Both the position numbers and the translations under genes were made by a program. The notes below the pieces were generated by a model that searched no databases, was not told the DNA's origin, and saw nothing but the letters and a program-made list of their open reading frames with translations. Of a stretch of DNA of 64,000 bases, positions 28,125 through 38,138 are shown piece after piece. Positions within the stretch are counted from its first letter, which is position 1. The number at the start of each line of letters is the position of its first letter. Source of the DNA: a virus; the IMG/VR virus record IMGVR_UViG_3300022562_002256, positions 64,001 to 128,000 of that record, one strand, 5' to 3'.

Positions 28125-28795
28125 TCCTTGGTCCGACCGAGATCGATGTCGTACGCCGGGTACTACTCCGTGGCGTGGTAGACATGGCCGCCGCGGACGT
28201 TGCGGCGGCGCGCGCGTTGCTTGCACGCATTGAGCGCGAGCACGTCGTGCGGGGCGCGCGCGTGTTCTCCTTGGAGTTGGGCATCGGGTCCGAGGCGACC
28301 AAGCAAGTGAAGAAGTGGGTGGCGGCGCGAAGGGAATTCAGAAAGAAACTGGGCGTCAAAAGGCTAAAAAAAGGCGAGGGCCCCGCGATAAGCGTGTTGG
28401 TATGGGCACCTACGCTTAACGAGTACAACGGACTGGACAGTCGGCAAAAGGAGCAACTCCGTAAGGCCATCGACGCGAGGATCGTCGAGACGCGGGAGGG
28501 GTGGCCGGACTGGCACGCCGGGTTTCGAGAGGGAGCATCCGTGGCACGCGGCAAAGTTCGGGTGGCTCGCGAAGGGGGGCGCCGCCGAGCGGTGGTGGTA
28601 ACGAGATACTCGAGCCGGCGTGTGGACGAGGTGAGCGTCGATGTGTGTGGGGGAAAGATGCCGATCGACAGGCTGGTGTTGGCGGGCGTGCTCCGTGGCG
28701 ACACCGATGAGTGGCTCGTGCGCGAGGCGGCATGGGTGCCAGTGGCGCCGGGGCATGGCAAGGTCGTAGTGGATGTGTACGAGATTGGAGGATAG
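28121..28795 (+). CDS. RusA-like Holliday junction resolvase
   Basis: RRVD..GGK..IDRLV..GVL.GD acidic pattern; C-terminal beta strand. Confidence 0.55.
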   Translation: MILGPTEIDVVRRVLLRGVVDMAAADVAAARALLARIEREHVVRGARVFSLELGIGSEATKQVKKWVAARREFRKKLGVKRLKKGEGPAISVLVWAPTLNEYNGLDSRQKEQLRKAIDARIVETREGWPDWHAGFREGASVARGKVRVAREGGRRRAVVVTRYSSRRVDEVSVDVCGGKMPIDRLVLAGVLRGDTDEWLVREAAWVPVAPGHGKVVVDVYEIGG

Positions 28796-28797
28796 CC

Positions 28798-29181
28798 GTG
28801 GGTTCGTTCCGCATCGCTCCGTACACCGGGAGAACGCAGTCAACCATCGGCCGCCGAAACGCGGTGCTTATCCGGAGCGAGGCCGGGGCATGTAGGGTCG
28901 TCGCGGCAGACGTAGACTCGTACGTCGGCGAGGTTTTGCACAAAACCTACGGCGCGAGCGACGGGTTTGACCTCGAGTTGGGGGTGGATGTCGAGGACTT
29001 GGAGCCCGGACTTTGGGTGGCGGACATCGCCATTCGAGGGCTCGGGCCGCCAGCCTGGTTCGGTGTCGAGCGCGACTGGCGGGTCGACTTGACGGGAGCG
29101 CGGCGGGCGACATCAGAAGACGTGTCCTCGTTCGGGCCGGGTGGTGACGAAGCCCAGATCGCCACGCTGGTTGATGCGTAG
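28798..29181 (+). CDS. Hypothetical protein
   Basis: SD GGAGG. Confidence 0.55.
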   Translation: MGSFRIAPYTGRTQSTIGRRNAVLIRSEAGACRVVAADVDSYVGEVLHKTYGASDGFDLELGVDVEDLEPGLWVADIAIRGLGPPAWFGVERDWRVDLTGARRATSEDVSSFGPGGDEAQIATLVDA

Positions 29182-29199
29182 CGTTTTGGTGGTTATGGG
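29171..29199 (+). promoter_or_regulatory. Promoter TTGATG-N17-TATGGG (TGGTTA class)
   Basis: Upstream of 29214. Confidence 0.5.
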
Positions 29200-29213
29200 T
29201 AGGATGTGGAAGG

Positions 29214-29606
29214 ATGGTCGATATGAGCCCGGGCGACCTTGTAGAACTCCTGGCGGCGGTCAGCGGGGTGTTCGCGGCATGCCTACGCGATGGCGGTGAT
29301 GTGCCGACGTGTGTGCGTTGTGGCGGCATCGGGGCGATGCTGTGCGAGGAAACCGCGGGCCATGTTATCGGGACGGTGTGCCCTGAGTGTGAGCGCCCGA
29401 CGGACCACGCCGTCTACGGTGGCCGGCGTGTTAACCGGGCGGTCAAGCGCCTGGACCGACTCCTCCGGCGGCTTGAACGACAGCGAAATGTGGCGAAGGG
29501 CGTGCGAGCTGTGGCACCGTTCCTGGACAGTGACCCCGCGCGAGCAGCAGCGGTGCGTCCACAAGACATCGACTGGCACCTCGAACCAGACGAGATGAAG
29601 CCGTAG
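29214..29606 (+). CDS. Hypothetical Zn-ribbon protein
   Basis: CVRC and CPEC. Confidence 0.6.
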   Translation: MVDMSPGDLVELLAAVSGVFAACLRDGGDVPTCVRCGGIGAMLCEETAGHVIGTVCPECERPTDHAVYGGRRVNRAVKRLDRLLRRLERQRNVAKGVRAVAPFLDSDPARAAAVRPQDIDWHLEPDEMKP

Positions 29607-29649
29607 GCCCCTCAGTCGACTTTGTGGGTATCGTGGTTATCCAAGGGGC

Positions 29650-30096
29650 ATGAAGAGATGGTCGACTACTAGTGACTCACGGGTCGAGTCCCCGCGCGCC
29701 GATGCGTTTTTGGCCGACCTCGAGGCTGTGTTTGCGAGGCACGGCCTGTCGATTGGACACGAGGACAGCCAGGGGGCTTTCATCATCGAGCCCTTCGACG
29801 AGTACAACGTGCGGTGGCTTCGCTCTGCTCATGTCGGTGACATCGGGCCTGACCCGGGCATTGCAGCGCTTGTCGATGGCCATGGCGACCTCGCCCGCGC
29901 GGCGATGACGGCCGAGCGTCGCGCGCTGCTTACGGGCATCGCGGCGGCAGCCTTGTGGGTTCCAGTCAGTGACGTGGTCGTCGACGACGACGGCCGAGTC
30001 TCGCTCGGCTGTGCTCTCACCTCGTCGGAGAACGACGCGCTCGCGATTGTGATGCGCCACGCCATGGGAGAGAACGATGGTAGCGCTAGTCGTTGA
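29650..30096 (+). CDS. Hypothetical protein
   Basis: LSIGHEDSQGAFIIEP motif; TGGTTA promoter candidate at 29615-29643. Confidence 0.6.
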   Translation: MKRWSTTSDSRVESPRADAFLADLEAVFARHGLSIGHEDSQGAFIIEPFDEYNVRWLRSAHVGDIGPDPGIAALVDGHGDLARAAMTAERRALLTGIAAAALWVPVSDVVVDDDGRVSLGCALTSSENDALAIVMRHAMGENDGSASR

Positions 30097-30667
30097 CGGG
30101 ACGGAACACCACATCGGTCAGATAGACCACGCCGAAATCCGGCGTCATGATGTCATCATGCTTGGGGACGGTGAGCGGTGGCGAGTCCTTCGCAAGGAGT
30201 GGAGGAGCGGTCTGCGGGTTGAGCGGCACTCTGCCACTCCTGTCACATCCTGTGTGGCAGTTGTCGTGGTGCCGGAAAATCAGAAAGCACGAGAGATGGT
30301 GGCAACGGGGGGGGGCGGCGCCCTGGTTTCCGCGAGATCACCGCACCCGTTGCCGGGTGCACCCGGCAACGGGGCTGATGCTGCCATCGAACGCACCATG
30401 AGAGACATCGAGGTGAGGTGGCCAATTACAATGCGGCTGCTCGACGATGGGGCTCAAGAAAGCCGTGCCACGGAGCAAACGGTTCCGGCGGAGGCTGTCC
30501 CTTGTTCCCGCCACCGCCCTAAGCGGCACCGCACAATGCCGCTCCGGGATGACGTCAAGGCATTCGAAGAGGCGTTCGAGGCGGCTGCTACCCGGTCGGC
30601 GCCCAGCGCGGACACCAGGGCGAATGCCGCTGCCAAGAAGGTGGCGCGGAAGGGATGCAGGCGATGA
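30077..30667 (+). CDS. Hypothetical protein
   Basis: Operon context. Confidence 0.5.
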   Translation: MVALVVDGTEHHIGQIDHAEIRRHDVIMLGDGERWRVLRKEWRSGLRVERHSATPVTSCVAVVVVPENQKAREMVATGGGGALVSARSPHPLPGAPGNGADAAIERTMRDIEVRWPITMRLLDDGAQESRATEQTVPAEAVPCSRHRPKRHRTMPLRDDVKAFEEAFEAAATRSAPSADTRANAAAKKVARKGCRR

Positions 30668-31062
30668 GCGATGTGATCGAGATAGGGACGCACCGACTGT
30701 TTTGGAAGCCCGAGGTGGGGGGCGAAGGGGCTCACGGCACTGTCTGGCTTGCGCCACTGGACGCCGGTGAGACGCTGGAAGATGCCGAGGACTTGGCCAC
30801 ATGCGTCGCGGTCGGCCCCGAATGCCTTGACGAGCTTGCCGACGGGCTGCGGTGTGCCAAGCGATGGTATGGCCAACCGGTCCCAGACGAGCCGGAACTC
30901 GACGCCTTCCGGCTCGGCGTAGCGTGCGTGGTCCTCGGCGTGTCGCTTGACAGGCTTGGTGGTGGCGCGAGGAGGCCGGACCTGACTCTCGATGGTAAGC
31001 CGCTCCGCGCGAGCGCCGCCGCCAAGGTCGAACGTGCCGTTCGGGCGGCCATCGGGGGGTGA
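30664..31062 (+). CDS. Hypothetical protein
   Basis: ATGA coupling. Confidence 0.55.
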   Translation: MSDVIEIGTHRLFWKPEVGGEGAHGTVWLAPLDAGETLEDAEDLATCVAVGPECLDELADGLRCAKRWYGQPVPDEPELDAFRLGVACVVLGVSLDRLGGGARRPDLTLDGKPLRASAAAKVERAVRAAIGG

Positions 31063-31332
31063 TTGTTCGTCATGGCAGCCGAGGGAGACGTGACATCGTC
31101 GTGGTTTAGGCAAGTGGCCGAGACGCTCGCCTCGGAAATCATCGCCGCCTACGCCGCACCGAGCCGGTCCGCTGCCGGAGGAAGCCGTCTGGCGTCGTGT
31201 GATGCCATGACGGCGGTAAGGATGGAGCTGCTCGGCGAAGGGGCGGGCATCCGGTCAATTGGCCGCGCGCGTTGCAGTTGTTCAGAAAGGTGCTTATGCT
31301 TGGGCGTAAAGGCGCCATCAAACACGGAATGA
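31063..31332 (+). CDS. Hypothetical protein
   Basis: Stop overlaps the sigma ATG. Confidence 0.4.
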   Translation: MFVMAAEGDVTSSWFRQVAETLASEIIAAYAAPSRSAAGGSRLASCDAMTAVRMELLGEGAGIRSIGRARCSCSERCLCLGVKAPSNTE

Positions 31333-32246
31333 AGCGACGCACACGAGGACCAAGATCAGACCAGGATGCCACACGGGCTCCGTCGTGTGCCCCGCTCGGC
31401 CCTCGTCCCGCGCTGCCCGCGACGTATCACGACCTGTACGGCGACGCCGGACGGGCGCTCATCGAGTGGGCCCAGCGCGGGGATAGTGTCATGACGGGGG
31501 CCATTCTCACTGCCAACGAAGCGCTTATCGCGAAGGCGTGCGGACGGTGGCTTCGCCTCTATCCCGAGCTTCGCGACGACATCTTGCAGGAGGGACGGGC
31601 AGGCTTTCTTCACGCGCTCGGCAAGTTTGAGACAGGGCGGGGTCTGGCCCTGTCGACCTACGCCGTGTCGTGGGTGCGGCACTACGTGCAGCGATACATA
31701 AAAAACCATGTGCGAACGGTGAGGGTGCCGGTATGCGCGCAAGAGAGAGTGGCGCACCTGCTGCGGGGCGGCGCTCACACGTTCGACGAGATTCTCGAGT
31801 CGGGCGGGCAGTCAGCGGTCGATGCGTGGTCTCTTCTTGGCGGGACGGTGAGCCTGGAGTCGCGCCTTCATGCGCGGGGGGATGAGGGGGGTGGCGGCGA
31901 CGAGAGATTGCCCTTGGGGGGCTTGATCGCTGACCAAGATGCCGTGAACCCGGAGATGGATGCCGTAAGGGGGGAGGCGCGCGCCCGCGTCCACCTTGCG
32001 TTGACGGCACTGCCCGAGCGAGAACGCGACATCGTGCGGCTGCGTTTCTTGGGGACCGGCACCGAGTCGGACCTGACGCTCGAAAAGATAGGTCAAAAGT
32101 ACGGCTTGAGTCGCGAACGGATTCGGCAGGTGCTCGACGTGGCATTGGCGCGACTTGCAACACTACTCACCCGTCTCGACCGGGGGGAAAAGTTGCCGCC
32201 CCCGCCGGCGCCAGACCGTCGCAGGCGGTATCATCGGCGTCGATGA
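31329..32246 (+). CDS. RNA polymerase sigma-70 family factor (paralog 2)
   Basis: DDILQEGRAGFLHALGKFETGRGLALSTYAVSWVR; LTLEKIGQKYGLSRERIRQV. Confidence 0.9.
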   Translation: MKRRTRGPRSDQDATRAPSCAPLGPRPALPATYHDLYGDAGRALIEWAQRGDSVMTGAILTANEALIAKACGRWLRLYPELRDDILQEGRAGFLHALGKFETGRGLALSTYAVSWVRHYVQRYIKNHVRTVRVPVCAQERVAHLLRGGAHTFDEILESGGQSAVDAWSLLGGTVSLESRLHARGDEGGGGDERLPLGGLIADQDAVNPEMDAVRGEARARVHLALTALPERERDIVRLRFLGTGTESDLTLEKIGQKYGLSRERIRQVLDVALARLATLLTRLDRGEKLPPPPAPDRRRRYHRRR

Positions 32247-32256
32247 GGACCGGGGC

Positions 32257-32904
32257 ATGAGCGAGGCAGTCGTCGGTTCGGCGGGGAACGGTTGGCGGAT
32301 GGCTCAGCCCGCTCGCGTGGTGCTCGCCTATGCGCCGGCCGACTCGCGTGCGACGGTGACAGCGTTGCGGCGCTGGGGGCGCACCGTGATATTCGGTGCG
32401 GCAGAAGAGCCGCGTGGCAGCGCCGACCGGGCCAATCGCATCCACCGAGCTCTTGCGGGGCTGGACGTTACCCTTCTGGGGGTGGGTTATGCCGGGTGTT
32501 GTGCCGTGGCGCGATACCTTACACACGGCGCTGAAGGGGTTTCGACGGTGGTGTTGGTCGACCCCGCGGTCCCGTGTCAAGCGCTGGGGCGGCTCGACCC
32601 CATTCGCGCGGTGGCGTCGGCTGCCACCGAAGTGCGGCTGGTGGGCGGGGCGTGCGCCGCCCCCGTTGTGCGACTGATCCTCATGTGCGCTGAGACGTCG
32701 CGCGCCTGTGAAGGAAGCGGCCTGTGTTCGTGCGGCGAGGGCCCGGTCCGGTCATCGGCGGACGTAGCGTGGGAACTCAGCGGGCGACGGCCGCGACGCG
32801 CCGGCCTTTACTTTGAGGGGGGCCTATCGATCGGCTCGTTTGCGACCAAGCAAGAGTTGGACGAGCGAGGACTTCCGATGGCAATCGACGCGGCCATCGG
32901 CTAA
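32257..32904 (+). CDS. Possible degenerate alpha/beta-hydrolase-fold protein
   Basis: VTLLGVGYAG and VVLVDP pattern; nucleophile Ser not evident. Confidence 0.35.
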   Translation: MSEAVVGSAGNGWRMAQPARVVLAYAPADSRATVTALRRWGRTVIFGAAEEPRGSADRANRIHRALAGLDVTLLGVGYAGCCAVARYLTHGAEGVSTVVLVDPAVPCQALGRLDPIRAVASAATEVRLVGGACAAPVVRLILMCAETSRACEGSGLCSCGEGPVRSSADVAWELSGRRPRRAGLYFEGGLSIGSFATKQELDERGLPMAIDAAIG

Positions 32905-32915
32905 GGGCGAGGGTC

Positions 32916-33305
32916 ATGACGGGGTGCAAGCCAACCGAACTCAGCGATCTTGCCGGGGCGCTTCGCGCGCGTCGCTACGTCGCAGCGGACGAAGCCGCAC
33001 TGCAAGAGGCTGTGCCCGCGGCGCTTCGGGCTGCGGGCTACCACGTGGAAGAGCAAGTGCCCCTGGACCGCCGCAACAGGATCGACGCGGTGGTGACCCT
33101 GGCGGGTGGGGCACGTGTCGGGATCGAATTGAAGACACGGGGAGGGCGCACGGCGCTCATTTTGCAATTGCGTCGGTACGCTGGGACGGGCAAGGTCGAC
33201 ACGCTGGTTGTCGCGACAACCAGCGTGCGGTTGTGCTTTGCGCTGCCAGCCTCGTTGATGGGAGTGCCTATTGCGGTGGTGCGGCTGCCGGGGGGTGTCA
33301 TCTGA
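32916..33305 (+). CDS. PD-(D/E)XK restriction-fold nuclease
   Basis: E-x-A-L..EEQVPL..RID..GIELK..QLRRY. Confidence 0.75.
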   Translation: MTGCKPTELSDLAGALRARRYVAADEAALQEAVPAALRAAGYHVEEQVPLDRRNRIDAVVTLAGGARVGIELKTRGGRTALILQLRRYAGTGKVDTLVVATTSVRLCFALPASLMGVPIAVVRLPGGVI

Positions 33306-35017
33306 CACCCGGGGCAGTAGGGACGGCGGTGCTCGTGCGGGGCACGTGGGAGATCACATGCGAGCCCCATGCGATGATCCGACTGAAGGCCATCTTCCCA
33401 GCCATCAACAAGACCCAGATGGGAAGGGTGTACCTCAGCGACACGCCGAGTAACGCCAGGGACCTTCTATGGTTTGCGGAGCGCTACCCGCTGGACATCC
33501 GGCCCAAGGCCGTGGCGACCATGCGTGCGCTCGAGCAACACGCGCGTGAGGCCACGGTCGCCCAGGTACTCGATGCTGGATACGTGCCGCCGTCTGTCGA
33601 CCTCGCGCTGCCACCACGGCCCTACCAACTCGTGCCAGCGCCGCTGATGCGAAGTTCCGGTGGGCTGCTGCTCGCGGACGAGGCGGGGCTGGGAAAGACA
33701 GTAAGTACAATTGTAGGATTTGTTTCGGGGGACGCGCTCCCCGCGGTGGTGGTGACCCAGGCGCACTTGCCTGGGCAGTGGTGTCGCGAGATGGCGCGGT
33801 TTGCGCCTGGACTCAGGACGCACATCGCGACCAAGGGAACGCCCTACGACGTGCGAGGCAAGGACGGGAAGCTGCCGGACGTGTTGGTGCTCAACTACCA
33901 CAAGCTCGCCGGGTGGGCTGAGGAGCTGGCGGCGAAGAAGCGCTGCCGGATGCTCGCATACGACGAGTGCCAAGAGCTGCGACATTTCGACACGGCCAGG
34001 TACGTGGGGGGCATGCATTTACGGGCGTCGGCTGCGTATGGCCATGGAAATTCGATGACCCCCATCTACAACTACGGCGGAGAAATATGGTCCGTGATGA
34101 ACGCGATCCTGCCGGGGGTGCTTGGAAGCCGTGAGGAGTTCGCGCGCGAGTGGTGCGAGTCGACGGGTGAGGACCGGAAGCTCCGGGTGGTGGACCCCGC
34201 CGCGCTGGGGACCTACTTGCGCCGGGCTGGGCTCATGCTGCGCCGCACGCGCGAGGAGGTCGGGAGGCAGCTACCGGAGAAGACCACCGTGGTGCATACG
34301 GTGGACATCGACGACGACCGGGTGCGCGAGGTCGACGACCAGGTGGCGGAGTTGGCGAAGGCGATCCTCGCCACCGGGGGTGATGGGTTCAGCAAGATGA
34401 AGGCCGGCGGCGTTCTCGACATGTTGCTGAGGCAAGCCACGGGCATAGGCAAGGCGCCGTACGTCGCCCACTTCGTTCGCATGCTCATCGAAGCTGGGGA
34501 GCATGTTGTGCTCTACGGCTGGCACCGGGCGGTTTACGAGATTTGGGCGGAGATGCTCAAGGACTTCAACCCAGCGTTTTACACGGGCAGCGAGACGTCG
34601 CGGCAGAAGGATGAGGCGCGCCGTCGATTTGTGGAGCGCGGCGCGCCGGACCACACGCCGCTCATCATCCTGTCGCTCCGCTCTGGGTCTGGGCTCGACG
34701 GGCTGCAGGGGGCGTCGAGCGTGGTGGTGTTCGGCGAACTCGACTGGGCGCCGGGGGTGCATCTCCAGGCGGAGGACCGAGTGCATCGGGATGGCCAAAC
34801 GAAGCCGGTGGTGGTGTATTACCTCGTCGCCGAGTCTGGGTCGGATCCGGTGGTGGCGGACGTGCTCAACCTGAAGGCTGCGCAGAGCGAGGGGTTGCGC
34901 AACCCGGACGCTGGACCGAGCGGCGCGAACGTGCTCGGGAGCATCGACCACGACCGGGTGAAGCGGCTCGCGCGCGAGGCTTTAGCGCGGCGGGCCAAGA
35001 AGGGCGGCCCGAAGTGA
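33302..35017 (+). CDS. SNF2-family helicase (start uncertain; possible CTG at 33302)
   Basis: LADEAGLGKT, YDECQELR, TPIYNYGGE, GLDGLQ, QAEDRVHRDGQ. Confidence 0.9.
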   Translation: MTPGAVGTAVLVRGTWEITCEPHAMIRLKAIFPAINKTQMGRVYLSDTPSNARDLLWFAERYPLDIRPKAVATMRALEQHAREATVAQVLDAGYVPPSVDLALPPRPYQLVPAPLMRSSGGLLLADEAGLGKTVSTIVGFVSGDALPAVVVTQAHLPGQWCREMARFAPGLRTHIATKGTPYDVRGKDGKLPDVLVLNYHKLAGWAEELAAKKRCRMLAYDECQELRHFDTARYVGGMHLRASAAYGHGNSMTPIYNYGGEIWSVMNAILPGVLGSREEFAREWCESTGEDRKLRVVDPAALGTYLRRAGLMLRRTREEVGRQLPEKTTVVHTVDIDDDRVREVDDQVAELAKAILATGGDGFSKMKAGGVLDMLLRQATGIGKAPYVAHFVRMLIEAGEHVVLYGWHRAVYEIWAEMLKDFNPAFYTGSETSRQKDEARRRFVERGAPDHTPLIILSLRSGSGLDGLQGASSVVVFGELDWAPGVHLQAEDRVHRDGQTKPVVVYYLVAESGSDPVVADVLNLKAAQSEGLRNPDAGPSGANVLGSIDHDRVKRLAREALARRAKKGGPK

Positions 35018-37104
35018 CCGGCGCGACCCAAAACGCCATAGACGGGCTCCTGGGGGGCGCTGCGGGCGACTGGGCGATGGTGTGCGGCGACAACCTGGCG
35101 GCGCTACGCGAACTGCCGGATGATCTGTTCGACGGGGCGCTGCTTGACCCACCGTACGGGTTGGGCAACCGCGCGCCGACGCCGGACGATATCCTCGCCT
35201 TTCTCGGAGGCGACCAACTCGACCATGGAGGTGACTTCATGGGTGTGAATTGGAGTATCCCCGCGGTCGAGTTCTGGCGCGAGTTGTGCCGGGTGATGAA
35301 GCCCGGGGCGGCGATCGGCGTGTACGCAGGCACGCAGGCCGACGACTTGCTGAGCATCGGGGCGCGGCTTGGAGGGTTCGTACGCGAGGACGCGATCGAT
35401 GTGTTCGGGACGGCCCGGTTCGCGTGGCTGCAGGGGCAAGGTATGCCGCACGGGCTCAACGTGAGCCGCGCGATCGATGAAGCCGCTGGCGTGGAGCGCG
35501 AGGTCGTGGGCACGGTGTCAAAGGCCGATTCGTACACCAACGCCACAGGAATATTTGGAGGGGGTCCAGATCATGGTGGAGCCATGCGCATCACCGTGTC
35601 GACCACACCGCACGCCGCACGGTGGTCGGGCTACCACACCCAACTCGCCCCAAAACACGAGGTGGTGCTCATCTTCCGCAAGCCGGCGCGCGCGGTGACG
35701 TCCGACGAGCTCTACGCGGCGACGGGGTGGGATTACTGGCACGTGGTGACCGATGTCCGCACGCCGGAGACGCGGGCGCGCATGGTCGAGCGGTACGGCG
35801 CCGTCGTCATCCCCGACCGAGGCGAGACGCAGAGCAGGCGTCTCCGCCCCCTCCACGCCGGGGTGCGCGAAGCACATGAGCTGCGCTGGCGGCCGGAGCA
35901 CGTGGTGAAGCGGTTCATCCCGCGGCGCGTGGTGGACTGCATGGGGTGCGGAGAGAGCCCGCTCGATGACGGTGCGCCGCTGGCGTGCCCCAAGTGCGCG
36001 GGCATGTTCCTGACCGAGCGGGTGCGGGTGGTGGTCGACGAGACGAAGTGGCCAGGTGCGTGGCGAGTTCTGGCGCGCATCGAGTTGGGGGAGCCTTACC
36101 GCGCATGGTCGACTGACTCGACGGCAGCGACGGTGTTGGTGCGCGGCGTGGGGGCGATGAATATCGATGCGACGCGGGTGTACACTGACTGGAACGAGCT
36201 CGACCGCGGGGCTGCTTGGAAGCGCGGGGGGCATACAGCGAAACCGGAGGCGCGGAAGATCGGGGGGGCGCCCCCCGGCAACGGCATGAGCCTGCACAGC
36301 GCGGGGCGCTTCACGCCCAACGTGGTGGCCATTCACGACCCAGCCTGCGTGTGCCGGGGTCATCGCGACGTTCAGGCCGGACGTCCACGAGGCGAGTCGA
36401 AGGCGCCGTCAACCAAGGCGGCCTACGGCGCATACAAGAAGCGCTCGACGGTAGGAACCATGAGCCGCGAGGAATTCGAGGCATGCGGGGGCGCCGAGAC
36501 CGTCGCGTACGACTGTGCGTGCTTGTGCCTCGCGTGCGGGCCGGACGTGGCGCCTGCGGGTGGCCAGGCGGCGCCATGCCCTACGTGCGGCGCGAGCCGG
36601 CTGTGGTTGTGCGCGGTGGCAGCGCTCGACGCGCAGAGCGGAGTGAGGACGAGCGGCGAGTTAAAGAAAAGCTACAGTCGCAAGAAGGCCCACTGTTATG
36701 GTGAATTCGGCGCAACGCAGTGGCGCGGGGAGGCCAACTCCGGTGGCGCCTCGCGCTTCGTGACGGTGCTCGAGCCGGATTTCCACTACGCCGCCAAGGT
36801 CGCGCCATCAGAGCGCAACGCTGGCATGCCAGCGGGCATAGACAACCCCGGGCTGTGCCTCAAGCCACTCTCTTTCGGGGTCCACCTCGCGACGCTGCTA
36901 TGCCCCCCTGGCGGGCTCACGCTGACGACCAACGCGGGCACCGGCTCCGAGGTCGCGGCCATGGTCATCGCCGGCTGCCGGGTGCTGGGCATCGAGCGCG
37001 ACGCGGCGCAGGTCGAGATCGCGCATCGGCACATCCCAGGGCTGATCCGCATGCACGCGCGCGAACGGGGCGACCCGGGGCAGACAACCTTGCCACACGA
37101 GTAG
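35014..37104 (+). CDS. Beta-class N4/N6 DNA methyltransferase with large Cys-rich insertions
   Basis: LDPPYGL near the N-terminus; NAGTGS..GIE at the C-terminus; NIDATR, GRFTPNV, GGASRF. Confidence 0.88.
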   Translation: MTGATQNAIDGLLGGAAGDWAMVCGDNLAALRELPDDLFDGALLDPPYGLGNRAPTPDDILAFLGGDQLDHGGDFMGVNWSIPAVEFWRELCRVMKPGAAIGVYAGTQADDLLSIGARLGGFVREDAIDVFGTARFAWLQGQGMPHGLNVSRAIDEAAGVEREVVGTVSKADSYTNATGIFGGGPDHGGAMRITVSTTPHAARWSGYHTQLAPKHEVVLIFRKPARAVTSDELYAATGWDYWHVVTDVRTPETRARMVERYGAVVIPDRGETQSRRLRPLHAGVREAHELRWRPEHVVKRFIPRRVVDCMGCGESPLDDGAPLACPKCAGMFLTERVRVVVDETKWPGAWRVLARIELGEPYRAWSTDSTAATVLVRGVGAMNIDATRVYTDWNELDRGAAWKRGGHTAKPEARKIGGAPPGNGMSLHSAGRFTPNVVAIHDPACVCRGHRDVQAGRPRGESKAPSTKAAYGAYKKRSTVGTMSREEFEACGGAETVAYDCACLCLACGPDVAPAGGQAAPCPTCGASRLWLCAVAALDAQSGVRTSGELKKSYSRKKAHCYGEFGATQWRGEANSGGASRFVTVLEPDFHYAAKVAPSERNAGMPAGIDNPGLCLKPLSFGVHLATLLCPPGGLTLTTNAGTGSEVAAMVIAGCRVLGIERDAAQVEIAHRHIPGLIRMHARERGDPGQTTLPHE

Positions 37105-37189
37105 TCACACGATCGGCACGTTCACCGGAGATGACCGTCGGTTGACGGACGCCGAGGGGCGACACATGGTAACCGCAAAGGAGCACCGC

Positions 37190-37954
37190 ATGAAGGTACG
37201 CGTCATAAGCAAGCACCCACAATTCAACGGCCGCGAGTTGCGGCAACATACCATCAACGGTGACCTAACGGTGGGGGTGTGGGGCGACGAGCCCTACGCT
37301 ATTCACCTTATCAACGACAGCGGCGCCATCGAGGAGGCACGGGTCGCCATCGACGGGACCGACATCATGACGGGGCAGCCCGCGACGCGCGAGCCTGTGG
37401 GGCCACGATGGGTGCTCCGTCCCTACCAGTCCATGGCCTTGGAAGCGTGGCCGGAAACACACTACGACGGGGCTCGGTTCGTGTTCAAACACGCTGGCGG
37501 GTCGGTCGCATCGCACGTCCGGGGGGACACCTCGGACCTTGGCACTATCGCCGTGGCGGTGTTCACCGAGGGGCACGTGCCTCCTATGCACTACCGCCGC
37601 ACCGCGCCGTGGGGTTGTATGGGTGGCCACACCACTAGGGGCGGCGACCATTACACAAGTGACGCGGAAGCGTACGTGCGCGGTCCCGGCACGGGGGCGG
37701 GTGAGCGCGTGACCCAGCACATCACGACGGCGACGGGGCTCACGTCGCCTCGGTACAGCTACGACGTGCGCGTGCGGTACGTGTGGTGGGACGACCTGGA
37801 AAGGATGCTACGTGCACGGGATCTCCCGAGGGCCGGGGCGGCAGGTGATGGGTTTCCCGGTGAGCGGGGGTTTGGCATTGACCTCAGCACGACGCCCCGA
37901 CCGGATGCACGGCCCACTGCCGTCGCTATGCCAGTGTTCCAACGAGTCATCTGA
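37190..37954 (+). CDS. Conserved-looking hypothetical protein
   Basis: TTGACG-N17-CATGGT promoter and AAGGAG SD; IDGTD, GTIAVAVFTE, GTGAGE motifs. Confidence 0.7.
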   Translation: MKVRVISKHPQFNGRELRQHTINGDLTVGVWGDEPYAIHLINDSGAIEEARVAIDGTDIMTGQPATREPVGPRWVLRPYQSMALEAWPETHYDGARFVFKHAGGSVASHVRGDTSDLGTIAVAVFTEGHVPPMHYRRTAPWGCMGGHTTRGGDHYTSDAEAYVRGPGTGAGERVTQHITTATGLTSPRYSYDVRVRYVWWDDLERMLRARDLPRAGAAGDGFPGERGFGIDLSTTPRPDARPTAVAMPVFQRVI

Positions 37955-38138
37955 CCGTGGCGTCCGCCGCCTCTCCCATTGCGGATCGAGGCGTTGGTGG
38001 TCCAGCATCGAACGGACATCGACGCGCTTTTGTAGGGTGCCTTGCTGTGGCGACGCTTATAGGCACCCTACCACCACCAACCGTCTCGTTGACATGACCT
38101 GCTGAGTGATGATCTTGCCGCGTAGGAGGTGTCATCCA

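Noticed and set aside
18842-28226. Long minus-strand ORFs (18842..20347, 24754..26298, 26586..28226)
   Set aside because: Arg/Pro-rich antisense frames of well-supported plus-strand genes
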